A stretch of 64,000 nt of DNA from Myxococcota bacterium. Its GTDB lineage: Bacteria > Myxococcota_A > UBA796 > CAJQPC01. Below the pieces are notes generated by a model that was not told the origin of the DNA, did not search any database, and saw only the letters and a program-made list of their open reading frames with translations. The stretch is from assembly GCA_036229005.1 (NCBI GenBank), contig JAZAMN010000014.1:1-64000 (forward strand), read 5' to 3'. Shown here piece after piece: positions 49,494-62,760 of this stretch (position 1 is the first letter of the stretch; each line of letters opens with the position of its first letter). The position numbers were made by a program, and so were the translations under genes.

Positions 49494-50510
49494 ATGCTCA
49501 CTCGCCCCCCCATGGCCGCCCCCGCTCCGGTGCTCGCCGGTGACCTCTCCCCCGAAGGCGCCGCCCGCCGCCTGATCCAGGGAGAGCGCCTGCTCATGCG
49601 CGGCCGCTACGGCCACGGCGCCGACATCTTCCTGGCCATCGACCAGCTCCTCCCCGAGCCCGGTCCCAAGGCCCCCTACGCGGTGCGCCGCGAGCACCTG
49701 GCGCGGGTCCGGGCGGCCAAGCTGCGCCTGAGCGTGCCCATCCGGGACCACCAGCTCGCCCTCAAGGGCGCCGCCCCCATCGGCTTCCTGCGGGAGCTCT
49801 ACCCCGAGACCCCGGACTTCGAGCTGGCCCTGCTCCACGCCCAGGAGCTGCGCGGCGCCTGGGAGAAGTACAAGGAGGGCACCCACCTGCCCGTGCTGGG
49901 GCGGCGCCTGCACCCCTTCGCCGGGACCTACCTGCCCACCCGCACCGAGCACCTGGAGCTCTTCGCCACCTGGCTGAGCGGCTACGACGGCCCCAAGCAC
50001 CAGGCCATCGACGTAGGCACCGGCGCCGGGGTGCTGGCCTTCCTGCTGGCCCGCGCGGGCTTTGAGCGGGTGCTGGCCACGGACGACAACCCCAACGCCA
50101 TCGAGAGCGTCCAGCGTGACCTCGCGCGGGCCGAGCAGCCCCTCCCCATTGAGCCGCGCCAGGCAGACCTGATGGGTGAGGATCCGCCTGAGGCCGACCT
50201 GGTCGTCTTCAACCCCCCCTGGATCCCGGGCGAGGCCGCCAGCCTGGTCGAGCGCGCGCTCTACTGCCCGCCGGAGCTGATGCCCCGCTTCTTTGACCGG
50301 GCCGTGGAGTGCATGCAGCCGCACACCAAGCTGGTGCTGCTCTACTCCAACATCGGGACCCTGCTGCGCCCGGACCAGCCCCACCCCATCCAGGCCGAGC
50401 TGGAGAAGGGGCGCCTTGTCCTGGAGCAGAAGCTGCGGCGCAAGGTCAAGCCCCCCAAGGGCAAGCGCACGCAGGAGAAGGTGGAGCTCTGGGTGCTCGC
50501 CAAGGCCTGA
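49494..50510 (+). CDS. Class I SAM-dependent methyltransferase (MTS/PrmC-like)
   Basis: DVGTGAGVL, VFNPPW. Confidence 0.88.
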   Translation: MLTRPPMAAPAPVLAGDLSPEGAARRLIQGERLLMRGRYGHGADIFLAIDQLLPEPGPKAPYAVRREHLARVRAAKLRLSVPIRDHQLALKGAAPIGFLRELYPETPDFELALLHAQELRGAWEKYKEGTHLPVLGRRLHPFAGTYLPTRTEHLELFATWLSGYDGPKHQAIDVGTGAGVLAFLLARAGFERVLATDDNPNAIESVQRDLARAEQPLPIEPRQADLMGEDPPEADLVVFNPPWIPGEAASLVERALYCPPELMPRFFDRAVECMQPHTKLVLLYSNIGTLLRPDQPHPIQAELEKGRLVLEQKLRRKVKPPKGKRTQEKVELWVLAKA

Positions 50511-50588
50511 TTTCCACCGTCGGGGCCCGGCTCTGCTTGCTACGCTGACTTTTGGTCAGTTACCCAAGCGAGGTCATCGAGGGTCCAA

Positions 50589-51575
50589 ATGAAGCAGTCC
50601 GCCGCGATCCGTCCCGAGCCCAACACCCAGCGCAAGGCCGCCATCGCAGCCGGGGGGGCCATCGACCACGCCGGCAAGGTGGAGATCCAGGTGATCCCGG
50701 ACTTCGACCTGGACCGCACCATCTTCCAGACCCTGGAGGGCCGCCTGCCGCGCTACATCATGCGGCACCGGGTGGGGAAGGAGATCCACTGGGATGCCCA
50801 GGCGCGCCAGAGCATCGAGGCCCGCTACCAGGAGGCCTTTGGCCGCGCGCCCCTGCCGCAGATCGAGCCCGAGATCATCCGCTTCATGGTCGAGGAGTGC
50901 GACTTTGACGTGGAGCACGCCGACGGCAGCTTCCTGGACCACCTGTACTTCTGCTTTGAGTACGCGGTGAAGCACTACCCCCAGGAGTCCGCGCTGGTGC
51001 AGCTCCTGCACTCCATCCTGGGGACGGGCACCAACACCTTCGCCATGACCGCGGACAAGATCCCGGCGCTCCAAGCGCTGCTGGAGCCCCAGGTGTTCGC
51101 CCAGGTCGAGGCCTTCCCCAGCGTGCTGCGTCTGCTCTACGTGGGGGACCTGCGCCGGGAGCTGTGGGCCAACCTGAGCCGCCTGGACAAGCTGGAGTCG
51201 GTGCAGATGCACCGGGTCATCGACAACGCGCCCATCACCCTGAGCGCGGACCAGCTCTGGGTGGCGCTCAACCACCAGCTCATCCACTTTGTGGACTTCA
51301 TGCCGGTGGCCAACTGGCACCGCAACCGCAGCGACACCAGCTACATCCTGTTCCGGGACCTGCACGCCTTCCTCAGCCGCGCCGGCAAGCTGGACGCCAA
51401 GGTGGAGTACACGCCGCCCCAGCCGGGGCCCGTGAGCGGTGAGCCCGCCGACCTGGGGAGCTGGCTCACCCGGCACATCCCCGTGGGCGCGGCCGAGAAG
51501 ATGGCCGCCAAGAGCGTGCAGCGATTCTCCGAGAAGATCGGTCACGAGACGGCGTTCACCCTGAATTTTGGGTGA
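50589..51575 (+). CDS. Hypothetical protein with HD-like/DUF6817-like motifs
   Basis: HADGSFLDHL and LLHSILGTGTN. Confidence 0.7.
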   Translation: MKQSAAIRPEPNTQRKAAIAAGGAIDHAGKVEIQVIPDFDLDRTIFQTLEGRLPRYIMRHRVGKEIHWDAQARQSIEARYQEAFGRAPLPQIEPEIIRFMVEECDFDVEHADGSFLDHLYFCFEYAVKHYPQESALVQLLHSILGTGTNTFAMTADKIPALQALLEPQVFAQVEAFPSVLRLLYVGDLRRELWANLSRLDKLESVQMHRVIDNAPITLSADQLWVALNHQLIHFVDFMPVANWHRNRSDTSYILFRDLHAFLSRAGKLDAKVEYTPPQPGPVSGEPADLGSWLTRHIPVGAAEKMAAKSVQRFSEKIGHETAFTLNFG

Positions 51576-51584
51576 TCGACCCCC

Positions 51585-53333
<1,749 letters not shown>

Positions 53334-53483
53334 CCGGCCTCACAGTCTCTTTGGTAACTCGGATGAAAGCCCCCTCACCTTAACGGAGCTGTGGTGTCTC
53401 AGGGGGGTGAATGGGCCTTGGTGCTGCATTTCTCAGGGAGGCCCACCGCCTGACATGCTAAGGATCCAGCACTGGAGAGCACC

Positions 53484-54056
53484 ATGCCCCTGCCCGAGGT
53501 CACCACGGCCCTCAAGACCCAGCCCGCCACCCGGCACGCCGAGTCGGAAGCGGCGCCGGCCACCGCGGACGCCCTGCAGGACCCGCTGGTCGACCCCATG
53601 AACAGCGTCGCCAGCATGGCCCCGCCCGTGGAGCAGCCGATCGATGTGATGAGCATCCAGGAGATCCTCCACACCATCGCCACGTGGATGAGCATCGGGG
53701 ACCCGGCGCTGCAGCCCCTGTACCAGGGGGCCTTTGGCGGCATCCACGGGCTGGTCAGCGGCTTCGTGGAGCTGGAGGTCATGACCCGCGCCGGCGTCAT
53801 GGACCCCCTCAAGGCAGCAGGGCAACGCGTGCACCTGCTCACCATGCTCGACACCTACCTGAGCACCCTCCCGGAGCAGGACCCGCGCATCGTGGCCTTC
53901 AAGGCCAGGGTCAAGCGGGACCTGGCCCAGGCCTGGGAGCGGCGCATCGAGCTGCTCCAGCAGCAGGCGACCGCCGCGGAGAAGGGGCAGCTCGCCGATG
54001 ACCGCAAGAGCGTGGCCGCCATCAAGGAGTCCCTGTTCAGCGCGGTGGTCGAGTAG
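53484..54056 (+). CDS. Hypothetical protein
   Basis: 190 aa, SD GGAG, host-like codon use. Confidence 0.7.
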   Translation: MPLPEVTTALKTQPATRHAESEAAPATADALQDPLVDPMNSVASMAPPVEQPIDVMSIQEILHTIATWMSIGDPALQPLYQGAFGGIHGLVSGFVELEVMTRAGVMDPLKAAGQRVHLLTMLDTYLSTLPEQDPRIVAFKARVKRDLAQAWERRIELLQQQATAAEKGQLADDRKSVAAIKESLFSAVVE

Positions 54057-54103
54057 CCGCGCGGTCGCGCACCCTTCAGGCCGCGCCCTTCAGCTCCCGT
54101 CGG

Positions 54104-55849
54104 TCAGCTCGCTTCGGTCAGCCGCTCAGGGAGCCGCTCGGCGGTCTGAGCCAGCCTCGCGCGCAGCGCGCTCAGCTCCACCGGCTTGGACAGGAAGCCG
54201 TCCATTCCAGCCGCCAGGGCTTCGCTGCGGTCCTGGGCCATCGTGCTCGCCGACAGCCCGACCACCGGCAGCGACCGGGTGCGCGGGTCGGCGCGCAGGG
54301 CGCGGGTGGCCTGGAGTCCATCCAGAGTGGGCATGTGCAGGTCCATGAGCACCAGATCGACCGCCTCGGCGCGGGCCAGCGCCACCGCCTCCCGGCCGTC
54401 CTGGGCCAGCAGCACCTGGTGCCCGTCCCGCTCCAGCAGCATGCGGATCACCCGCTGGTTCACGGGGTTGTCCTCGGCCACGAGCACCCTCAGAGCCGGA
54501 GCGCGCAGGCTCGGGCAGGTCTGCGCAGGGCAGGGCTCGGAGGCGACCGCTGTGGCGGGGAGTCGCAGGGTGAAGCGGCTGCCCACGCCGGGGGTGGACA
54601 CCAGCTCCAGGCTGCCCCCCATCTGCTCGGCCAGGCGGCGGGAGATGGAGAGCCCCAGTCCGGTGCCCCCGTAGCTGCGCGCCGTGGTGACCTCGGCTTG
54701 GACGAAGGGGTCGAAGATGGCGGCCTGCCGATCCGGGGAGATGCCGATGCCTGTGTCTTCGACCGCCAGGATCCACGCCTCCCCCTCCAGAGACTGGCGC
54801 AGGGTCACGCTGCCCGAGGCGGTGAACTTGATGGCGTTGCCCACCAGGTTGAGCAGCACCTGCTGGATGCGCTGGCCGTCTCCGGAGAGCGCCGCGGGCA
54901 GCGTCGGGGCCACCTGCCCGATCAGCGCGAGGCCCTTCTGCTCGGCCTTGGCCCGCTGTAGCCGCAGCACGGCGTCGGAGAGCGCCTGGGGGGCCACGGG
55001 CGCCTGAACGATCTCCAGGAGCCCGGCCTCGGCCTTGGCGCTGTCCAGGATGTCGTTGAGGATGGACAGCAGGAGCTCGCCGGAGTCCACGATGGTCTCG
55101 ACGTGCTCGCGGTCCTGGGGGGAGAGCTCGGCGCCGCGGAGCAGCTCCGCTGTGCCCAGCACGCCGCTCAAGGGGGTGCGGATCTCGTGGCTCATGGCGG
55201 CCAGGACCTGGGACTTGGAGCGGCTCTCCGCCTCGGCCACCAGGCGGGCCTCGCGCTCCCCCTGACGCAGGGCCTCGGCCCGGGACGCCGCCCGCTCGCG
55301 GAAGCCGAGCAGCAGCAGCAGCACCCCGCAGGTGGTCAGGAAGTTCTGGACCATGAACAGGCCGTTGAGGCGGTGGTCCCCGGGGTCGATGTAGGGGGCG
55401 AGGCTCTCCTCGAAGAACCAGACAGCCCCCAGCAGCACCCCCAGCGCGACGGTGGCCACGACCCCGTGCGTTCTGCCGCCCAGCGCGCCCATCGTTGGGG
55501 GCAGCATGACCAGGAAGATCAGCCCAGGCGAGTACAGGCCCCCGTCGTGGGTCATGGCCGAGAGTAGCATCAGGCCGCCCATCACCCCCAGGTAGGCGGC
55601 CGCTGGGCCCGCGCGCCGGTACTGGCGAACCAGCACCCACACCAGGGGCAGCGCGAACAGTGCGATCAGGCCCAGGCGGGCGAGCGCGTGCATGCCCATG
55701 GCCAGGTTGGCCACCAGGCTGAGGCCCACCACGATCTCCAGAGCCAGCGCCGCCGCTACGGCAGAGCGGGCGCGCTGCAGCTCTTCGATCCCGCCGTTGA
55801 TGGCGGACTCGGGCACGAGCTTCTGGAGCAGGGCTTCGATTCGGTGCAT
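54104..55849 (-). CDS. Membrane-bound hybrid histidine kinase (paralog of 51585..53333)
   Basis: [40 protein letters not shown]. Confidence 0.93.
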   Translation of the reverse strand: MHRIEALLQKLVPESAINGGIEELQRARSAVAAALALEIVVGLSLVANLAMGMHALARLGLIALFALPLVWVLVRQYRRAGPAAAYLGVMGGLMLLSAMTHDGGLYSPGLIFLVMLPPTMGALGGRTHGVVATVALGVLLGAVWFFEESLAPYIDPGDHRLNGLFMVQNFLTTCGVLLLLLGFRERAASRAEALRQGEREARLVAEAESRSKSQVLAAMSHEIRTPLSGVLGTAELLRGAELSPQDREHVETIVDSGELLLSILNDILDSAKAEAGLLEIVQAPVAPQALSDAVLRLQRAKAEQKGLALIGQVAPTLPAALSGDGQRIQQVLLNLVGNAIKFTASGSVTLRQSLEGEAWILAVEDTGIGISPDRQAAIFDPFVQAEVTTARSYGGTGLGLSISRRLAEQMGGSLELVSTPGVGSRFTLRLPATAVASEPCPAQTCPSLRAPALRVLVAEDNPVNQRVIRMLLERDGHQVLLAQDGREAVALARAEAVDLVLMDLHMPTLDGLQATRALRADPRTRSLPVVGLSASTMAQDRSEALAAGMDGFLSKPVELSALRARLAQTAERLPERLTEAS

Positions 55850-55898
55850 GGGCGCGGGGGGCTCGCCCGGTTGTCGGACAATCCCGGCCCAGCTTGAG

Positions 55899-56870
55899 TC
55901 AGTATCCGCAGTCCCCGAGCTCCTGGTTGTCGGCGGAGAGCGCCGGGTCTCCCGCGTAGGTCCAGGTGTCGGCGCAGGTCGTGAACCACAGCGCCTTGTC
56001 CTGGTCCAGGATGCGGTAGCTGCCGTCTGTGTTGAACTCGACCACCCAGAAGTTGTCGGCGTCGTAGCGTGTGGCGGCGACGACGTAGTGGGGGAAGTCG
56101 TAGTTCTCCTGGGCCAGCCAGCGGTGCGTGTGCCCGACCAGCGCCATCGCCAGGTTGTCGCGGCCCTGCAGCACCGAGAACACGTCGGGGTAGGGGCCCT
56201 CGGGGTCCTCGTCCTTCTCGGTGATCAGCGGCAGCATGTAGTGCGCCATCCAGACCGTGGGCTTGCCCTCGTCGAGCTGCTCCGCCATCCAGGCGAGCTG
56301 CTCGCGCCCATAGCTGGCCTTGCCCGTGTCGCAGCGGGGGTCCCCAGGGTCCCAGGTGGGCCCCAGCATCGAGTTCGCCGCGATGAAGCGCCACCCCCCG
56401 TGGTCCACCGCGAACCAGGGCTCGGCGTCGAACAGCCTGGCAAAGAGCTGGTGGGAGAACTCCCGGCTCCACCCGCCGCCCTCGCAGTCCAGCTCGTAGT
56501 CGTGGTTGCCCCAGATCGGGTAGACCGGGGCGTCCAGCTTGCCCAGGATGTCCTGCGCGCGGGTGAACCCGGTCTCGTTGTCCTCGAACCAGCCCAGCTC
56601 CTCGGAGTGGTAGCTGTCGTGCACCACGTCCCCGAGCACAAACACCATCTCCACCGGCGGCTCGATGGCGTTGATGGCCGCGACCGTCGCCTCCGCGCGC
56701 TCCACCGTCTTCATGATGGAGGCGTTGTCCAGCTCCCCGTTCTCGGAGGGCTCGGTGTACTGGGGCCCGATGATGTGCGTGTCCGCGACGAACGCCACGC
56801 GGAAGCTGCCGGAGGCCGGCGCGGTGTCCTCGGGGGGCTTGTCGGTGCAGGCGAGCGCGAGCAGGAGCAT
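55899..56870 (-). CDS. Calcineurin-like metallophosphoesterase lipoprotein
   Basis: MLLLALAC; DTH, GDVVH, GNHD, GHTH. Confidence 0.88.
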   Translation of the reverse strand: MLLLALACTDKPPEDTAPASGSFRVAFVADTHIIGPQYTEPSENGELDNASIMKTVERAEATVAAINAIEPPVEMVFVLGDVVHDSYHSEELGWFEDNETGFTRAQDILGKLDAPVYPIWGNHDYELDCEGGGWSREFSHQLFARLFDAEPWFAVDHGGWRFIAANSMLGPTWDPGDPRCDTGKASYGREQLAWMAEQLDEGKPTVWMAHYMLPLITEKDEDPEGPYPDVFSVLQGRDNLAMALVGHTHRWLAQENYDFPHYVVAATRYDADNFWVVEFNTDGSYRILDQDKALWFTTCADTWTYAGDPALSADNQELGDCGY

Positions 56871-56938
56871 GCCCGGAGGGTACACCCCGCGCTTGGGGCC
56901 GACACGCAGCATTTCCCCCCTCGTGACCCAAGGGTTTC

Positions 56939-57337
56939 GTGCTGCGACTCTTCAACATCGGCGTCTGGTTCACCGCGCTGGGGCTCGTCTTTCTGGGCCT
57001 GCACACCCTGGTCGTCCCGGAGCTCGCTGCGCAGGGCTACGGCCTGGGCCTCTCCGGCGATGCCCCCGGCTGGATGTTGGCCGCCGGCGCCCGGGATCTG
57101 GCGTTGGGCCTGGCCCTGCTCACTCAACGCAAGCGCCCCCAGGTGCTGCTGCCTCTGCTGCTGTGCACGGCGGTGGTGCCGCTGTCGGATGTGCTGATCG
57201 TGTGGAGGGAGACCGGGGTGCTCGCGCGGGCAGTGCCACACCTCACTGGCCTCGTTGGCATCCTGGTCCTCTGTGTCATGTGTTGGCGAAAGCGAGGTCA
57301 CCGGGTTGTAGCCGAGCCGCCGGAGAGCGCCGGTTAG
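56939..57337 (+). CDS. DUF4267-like membrane protein
   Basis: Hydrophobic; YGL, GARDLALG, SD, PH motifs. Confidence 0.7.
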   Translation: MLRLFNIGVWFTALGLVFLGLHTLVVPELAAQGYGLGLSGDAPGWMLAAGARDLALGLALLTQRKRPQVLLPLLLCTAVVPLSDVLIVWRETGVLARAVPHLTGLVGILVLCVMCWRKRGHRVVAEPPESAG

Positions 57338-57358
57338 CCCTCCTCTCCCGGAGGCCCG

Positions 57359-58597
57359 ATGATCCCGCTGCTGCTGTCCCTTCTCGCCTGCAACCGCACC
57401 CAGCCGGAGAGCCCGGTGGTGCAGGACTCGGACACCGGGCCCTTCTACGCGCCCGCGGTGGACTGCGGGGAGCGCGTGCTGCCGGAGCAGGGGACGCTCT
57501 ACCGCTGGCCCTACCTCCAGAATCCTCAGCCTGACGGGATCACCGTCATGTGGGGCACCACCGCCGAGCGCAGCGCGACCCTGCTGTGGGGGGCGGACGC
57601 CAGCCTGGGGGAGCGGGCCACGCCGCAGGTACAGGCCATCACCGACCTGGACCCGCTGATGAACCTGCAGCACGTCACCCTGAGCGGGCTGGAGCCCGGC
57701 ACCACCTACTGCTACGGCCTCGAGGTGGACGGGCAGGTCGTGGCCAGCGGGCTCAGCTTCCAGACCGCCCCGGAGAGCCCCCGGGCCCCGCTGCGCTTCA
57801 TCGCGCTGGGCGACTACGGCAACGGCAGCCCCGAGCAGATGGCGGTGCTGGAGGCCATCAAGCGGCACAGCGACGGCGTGCACTTCTGGGTGACCCTGGG
57901 CGACAACGCCTACACGGATGGCCTGCACCCGGAGTTCCAGGAGAAGGTGTTCGCCGTCTACCAGGAGCTGTGGCTGGACACGCCCGTGATGCCCACCCCC
58001 GGGAACCACGACTGGCGCGCGGGGAACCTGACCCCCTACCAGGACAACTTCACGGTCCCCCGCATGGTCGCCGAGCGCGACGAGCAGGAGGCCTACTACA
58101 TCTGGCAGTGGGGCGCGCTGGAGCTGCTGGCCCTGGACTCCGCGGACTCGCTGCTCAACGTCAGCGCCCAGGACGGCGACGAGCTGGACTGGCTGGACCA
58201 GGTGCTGGCCACCGAGCAGGAGCGCTGGCGCATCGCGGCCTGGCACCACCCCGCCTACACCGGCCAGCCGAACCGGACCCCGGAGCTGCAGGTGGTCCTG
58301 GGCCTGCGGCCCGCCGTCGAAGAGGCGGGGGTCCCCCTGATCCTGACCGGCCACAACCACATGTACGAGCGCTTCTCCAACGTGAAGGCGGACCAGAAGG
58401 TGGAGCAGGGGAGCACCTTCATCACCAGCGGGGGCGGCGGCGCCAGCCTCTACGAGATCGGCCCGAACGAGCTGCTGGACGTGAACGCCCAGGCCCACCA
58501 CTTCCTGCTGGTGGATGTGGACGCCTGCACCATCCGGCTGCGGGCGATCTCGTCGGAGGACGCGGTGCTGGATGACTGGAGCACCACGCGCTGCTGA
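57359..58597 (+). CDS. Purple acid phosphatase-like metallophosphoesterase lipoprotein with FN3-like domain
   Basis: PYLQ, LSGLEPGTTYCY, GDYG, GDNAY, GNHD, HHP, GHNHMYER. Confidence 0.9.
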   Translation: MIPLLLSLLACNRTQPESPVVQDSDTGPFYAPAVDCGERVLPEQGTLYRWPYLQNPQPDGITVMWGTTAERSATLLWGADASLGERATPQVQAITDLDPLMNLQHVTLSGLEPGTTYCYGLEVDGQVVASGLSFQTAPESPRAPLRFIALGDYGNGSPEQMAVLEAIKRHSDGVHFWVTLGDNAYTDGLHPEFQEKVFAVYQELWLDTPVMPTPGNHDWRAGNLTPYQDNFTVPRMVAERDEQEAYYIWQWGALELLALDSADSLLNVSAQDGDELDWLDQVLATEQERWRIAAWHHPAYTGQPNRTPELQVVLGLRPAVEEAGVPLILTGHNHMYERFSNVKADQKVEQGSTFITSGGGGASLYEIGPNELLDVNAQAHHFLLVDVDACTIRLRAISSEDAVLDDWSTTRC

Positions 58598-58669
58598 GAC
58601 TGTGCTGTCGGGCGCGCACCCTTGGCCCGCGCACGTCATAGAGTGTCAAAGCAAACAGGAGTTCCCCCA

Positions 58670-59236
58670 ATGCTCTCTCCCGAAAGTGCCCTCCGTCGCC
58701 TCCAGGAAGGCAACAACCGCTTCGTCCAGGACAAGCTGGACGGCAAGCTGCAGGACAGCAGCCGCCGCGAGAACCTGACCAGCGGCCAGGCCCCCTTCGC
58801 CATCGTGCTCTCCTGCGCGGACTCCCGCGTGGTGCCCGAGCTGGCCTTTGATGTGGGTCTCGGGGAGATCTTTGTGTGCCGGGTGGCGGGCAACGTGGCC
58901 AACACCTCGACCATCGCGTCCATCGAGTACGCCGTCGCCCACCTCAAGACCCCGCTGATCCTGGTGCTGGGCCACGAGAGCTGTGGCGCGGTGACCGCGG
59001 CCATCGCGGGTGGGGACAACGGCTACAACCTCAACCACCTGCTCGCGCACATCGAGCCGGCCAAGGCCAAGAGCGCGGACCCCAGCGTCAACGGGGTGGT
59101 CAAGACCAACGCCTCCCTCACCGCCCAGGAGCTCTGCGAGCGCTCCGCCATCATCAAGGGCGCGGTGGACAGCGGCGCGCTCAAGATCCAGGCCGGCTAC
59201 TACGAGCTGGGCAGCGGCAAGGTCGAGCTCCTCTGA
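58670..59236 (+). CDS. Beta-carbonic anhydrase
   Basis: EGNNRF, CADSRV, RVAGN, LGHESCGAV; SD AGGAG. Confidence 0.95.
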   Translation: MLSPESALRRLQEGNNRFVQDKLDGKLQDSSRRENLTSGQAPFAIVLSCADSRVVPELAFDVGLGEIFVCRVAGNVANTSTIASIEYAVAHLKTPLILVLGHESCGAVTAAIAGGDNGYNLNHLLAHIEPAKAKSADPSVNGVVKTNASLTAQELCERSAIIKGAVDSGALKIQAGYYELGSGKVELL

Positions 59237-59292
59237 GCTGGCTGCGCTGAGAATTGCTTCAAGGCGGGGGGGGCTCGTCCGATCCCTGGTGC

Positions 59293-59805
59293 ATGAGCGC
59301 CCACCCCCTGGCTGAGATCATGGCCGAGACCGCCCCCATCCTGCTGATCGGGGACTCGGACTCCGACCGCTTCCCGCGGGCCTCCCACGCCAACTACCGC
59401 AAGGCGGGGAAGGCCTTCGAGTTCTACGACCTGGGCAAGCGGGACCTGACCCAGCACGTCGATGGCAAGCCCGTCCGACGCAGCCTCTCGGAGCTCCCCG
59501 AGCAGTGGGGGGGTGATCTCGCGGTCCTCTGGCTGCACCCCGCGTCGGTGCCCGCGGGCCTGGAGGTCGCCGCGGGAGCCGGCTGCAAGCGGGTCTGGTT
59601 CAGCTTCGACACGGGCAGCCCGGGAGGGATCGCCCTGGCGGAGCGTCTGGGGATGCAGGTGGTGGAGGTCGGCCGCTGTCCGGTCTTCTACATGTCCAGC
59701 CGCCATGGCCCTTGCGCGATCCACGGCGGCGTCGTGCAGCTCACCGGACTGCTCGACGGCGCGCCCCGGGTGGCCTTCCAGAAGGGTCAACGGGAGCTGC
59801 TCTAG
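59293..59805 (+). CDS. CoA-binding-domain protein (YccU-like)
   Basis: ILLIGDS, SLSELP, RVWF, GMQVV...CP. Confidence 0.65.
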   Translation: MSAHPLAEIMAETAPILLIGDSDSDRFPRASHANYRKAGKAFEFYDLGKRDLTQHVDGKPVRRSLSELPEQWGGDLAVLWLHPASVPAGLEVAAGAGCKRVWFSFDTGSPGGIALAERLGMQVVEVGRCPVFYMSSRHGPCAIHGGVVQLTGLLDGAPRVAFQKGQRELL

Positions 59806-61958
59806 TGCCCTCGACCGCGCTGTTGGTCGTCGCAGGGCTCGCGCTGGGCGCGGAGCTGCTGGCGGTGCTCTGGCTCATCCCGCGTTCGCGCTCTCGGCGC
59901 CTGCTCAGCCTGCAGACCAGCGTGTGCTCCTGGGCGCTGCTGCACATGGTGGCGGTGCTGGGGTTGCGCCTGCAGCTCAACGCCGAGGCCGAGCTGCTGG
60001 CGAATGGTCTGCGCGCCGCTGCCGCGGTCCTCAGCGGCCTCCAGCTCGTGGAGGCGGCGCTGTGCTGGGCGCAGGTCGGGGACGCACGCGAGCGCCACCG
60101 GCTCTTTGGGCCTATGGGCCCGGTGCTGGCCCTGCTCGGTGTCCTGGCGGTGGTGGTGCTGGAGCCGCTGCTCGCGGGCAGCGCCTTGTCGGCGGTGCAT
60201 CTGGTGGAGGCTGTGGTCGCGGTCGCGGTCTGCACAGCCCTCCTGCGACAGGCGCCCAAGCGTCTGCTGCGGCTGAACCCCAACGGTCTGTTCCAGGAGC
60301 TCCCTTGGCTGCTGTTCACCTCGCTGGTACTGCTCAATGCGATGGTGTGGTTGCTCTCTGATGACCCGAGGGTGTGGATGGGCAGCCTGGCCCTCCACGC
60401 AGGCCTCGTCCTCCTCTGGGCCTGGTCAGCGGACCGCGCACACCCGCTGAGTCTGGGGCCTGGAAACGCGGGCGCGGCGTCCCTGCGGAGCCTCCAGGAG
60501 GCGCTGATCCTCTTGAACCGCGGTGGGATCGTGGACTACGCCAACCCGGCGTCGGTGCGGATGCTGGGGATGGACCTGACGGGCAGCGCCCTGACCTCCG
60601 TGTTGGAGGGCGGCACCCTCAAGCCCGGCCTGCGGCGGATGCGCAGCGGCTCCGGCGAGTGGCTGGATGTGATGTGCAGCCTGGCCCCCATCCACCTTGG
60701 GGGGGAACGCGTCGGCACGGCGGTGTCGCTGGTCGACATCGGGGAGCTGCAGGAGGCGCGGCGCTCGGCGGAGCAGGCGGCGCAGGCGCGGGCGGACTTC
60801 CTGGCAGTCATGAGCCATGAGATCCGCACACCAATGAACGGGGTGCTGGGGCTGGCCCACCTGCTCGCGGACACCCGGCTGGACGAGACCCAGACCAAGT
60901 GGGTGGGGACGATGGTGCAGAGCGCCGATGCGCTGCTGGTCATGCTCTCGGACATCCTGGACCTCTCCCGCATCGAGTCGGGGCAGGTGGAGCTGGAGAT
61001 GGTGGCCTGGGAGCCTCACAAGGTGCTGGAGGCCAGCCTGGAGGTGGTGCGGCCCCAGGCCGAGAGCAAGGGTCTGGAGCTGATCCTGGAGGACACCGCG
61101 CTCCCATCGTTCGTCAAGGGCGACCCGACGCGCTTCCGGCAGGTGGTGCTGAACCTGCTCTCGAACGCGGTGAAGTTCACGCACGAGGGGCGGGTGACCG
61201 TCCGCGCCGGGTGGGCGGATGGCCGCCTGAGCGTGCAGGTCGAAGACACCGGCATCGGCATCCCCGCCGAGCAGATCAGTGGCCTGTTCGACGCCTTCAC
61301 GCAGGTCGACAGCTCCCACACGCGGCGCTTTGGTGGCTCGGGGCTGGGGCTGGCGATCAGCCGCAGCTTCGTGGAGATGATGGGGGGCCAGCTCACCGTC
61401 GAGAGCGCGGTGGGGTACGGGAGCTGCTTCGGTCTGGAGATAGACGCGCCCAGGGCCCGCGGAATCGTTCGGCGCACCAGCCCCACGGGCACTCGGGTCG
61501 CCATGGCCAGGCTGCGGGTGCTCATCGTCGAGGACAACGCGGTGAACCGCATGGTGCTCAAGGCGATGCTCGCGAACCTGGGCATCGAGCCGCTGGAGGC
61601 CGAGAACGGCCAGGAGGGGGTGGACGTGGTGCTGCACAGCCGCGTGGACGTGGTGATCATGGACCTGCAGATGCCGGTCATGGACGGGTGGGAGGCCATC
61701 GGGCACATCCGACAGTCGCTGGGGGAACGGTCTCCCTGGATCGTGGCGCACTCCGCGAACGTGCGACAGGAGGACATCGCGCGCGCCCTGGAGGCTGGCG
61801 CCGACGACCACCTGGCCAAGCCCACAACCCCCGCCAAGGTGGAGGCCGCGCTCTATCGGGGGCTGCTCGAGCGCAGGGGGGACCTGCGGGGCAGCTCGCT
61901 GATGCTGGAGCCCGAGAACAACCCCTTCCGCGTCAACGCAACTGGAACCCGAGGGTGA
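59805..61958 (+). CDS. Multi-TM PAS hybrid histidine kinase
   Basis: GTG overlaps the upstream [37 protein letters not shown]. Confidence 0.92.
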   Translation: MPSTALLVVAGLALGAELLAVLWLIPRSRSRRLLSLQTSVCSWALLHMVAVLGLRLQLNAEAELLANGLRAAAAVLSGLQLVEAALCWAQVGDARERHRLFGPMGPVLALLGVLAVVVLEPLLAGSALSAVHLVEAVVAVAVCTALLRQAPKRLLRLNPNGLFQELPWLLFTSLVLLNAMVWLLSDDPRVWMGSLALHAGLVLLWAWSADRAHPLSLGPGNAGAASLRSLQEALILLNRGGIVDYANPASVRMLGMDLTGSALTSVLEGGTLKPGLRRMRSGSGEWLDVMCSLAPIHLGGERVGTAVSLVDIGELQEARRSAEQAAQARADFLAVMSHEIRTPMNGVLGLAHLLADTRLDETQTKWVGTMVQSADALLVMLSDILDLSRIESGQVELEMVAWEPHKVLEASLEVVRPQAESKGLELILEDTALPSFVKGDPTRFRQVVLNLLSNAVKFTHEGRVTVRAGWADGRLSVQVEDTGIGIPAEQISGLFDAFTQVDSSHTRRFGGSGLGLAISRSFVEMMGGQLTVESAVGYGSCFGLEIDAPRARGIVRRTSPTGTRVAMARLRVLIVEDNAVNRMVLKAMLANLGIEPLEAENGQEGVDVVLHSRVDVVIMDLQMPVMDGWEAIGHIRQSLGERSPWIVAHSANVRQEDIARALEAGADDHLAKPTTPAKVEAALYRGLLERRGDLRGSSLMLEPENNPFRVNATGTRG

Positions 61959-62760
61959 GCGCCGTGAGGTGGATCCAGTTGCGGTTGTAGCCGTCGCCGG
62001 GGCCCGTGTTGTCGTCGTCCGTCCCCACCGCGCCGCCGCCGATGTAGCGGAGGCTCAGGTACGCATCCACGCCGCTGTCCAGCTCCAGCCCCACGCGGGC
62101 GTTGGCGTCCAGGATGGCGCCGACCACGTCGTTGTTGTCGCCGTTGAGGTAGCTGATGGGCGCGTAGAAGCCGTCCGCCTCCACCCCCCACCAAGCCTGC
62201 TCACCGAAGGGCTGCCGGGTGCGTACCTTGAGGATGGGGACCGGCCCGATGTTCCGGTTGCTGCGCTGCTGGGTGCCGTCCTCCGAGCGGAAGTCGATCA
62301 CGGCGTTGCGGAGCTGCAGGCTCGCGCCGATGGCCAGCTCGCGGTCGGCCCCGGGCTGGAGGTCGTAGAGGTAGGAGGCGCGGGTGTAGGAGAAGCCGTA
62401 GCGCAGGGCCATGGGGGTGCCGGCGGCGAACACCTCGTCGTCCACCACCAGGTCCTCTTGCAGCAGCACCGAGGTCTGCAGGTCCAGGGGCTGGTAGAGC
62501 AGCACGATGCTGTGGCGCTGGCCCAGGTCCAGGTCGGCGCTCCAGCGGGTGGTCGCAAAGAGGTTGTCCTGGCCGCCGTCCTTGACGTAGTCAAAGTAGG
62601 TGCCGTCCTGGTCGAACTGGATCTTGTGGGAGACGGGCAGCAGCGCGCCGACCTCGGCGTTCAGGCGGACCCGGGGGCCCTGTTGGCGGTCGCCGTTGAG
62701 CCAGGAGTCGTCGCGGTCGGGGGTGGTGGCCAGCGCCAGGGAGCTGATGAGCAGGAGCAT
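61933..62760 (-). CDS. Putative outer-membrane beta-barrel protein
   Basis: Signal peptide [11 protein letters not shown]; amphipathic strands; ends LTLGFQLR. Confidence 0.75.
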   Translation of the reverse strand: MLLLISSLALATTPDRDDSWLNGDRQQGPRVRLNAEVGALLPVSHKIQFDQDGTYFDYVKDGGQDNLFATTRWSADLDLGQRHSIVLLYQPLDLQTSVLLQEDLVVDDEVFAAGTPMALRYGFSYTRASYLYDLQPGADRELAIGASLQLRNAVIDFRSEDGTQQRSNRNIGPVPILKVRTRQPFGEQAWWGVEADGFYAPISYLNGDNNDVVGAILDANARVGLELDSGVDAYLSLRYIGGGAVGTDDDNTGPGDGYNRNWIHLTALTLGFQLR

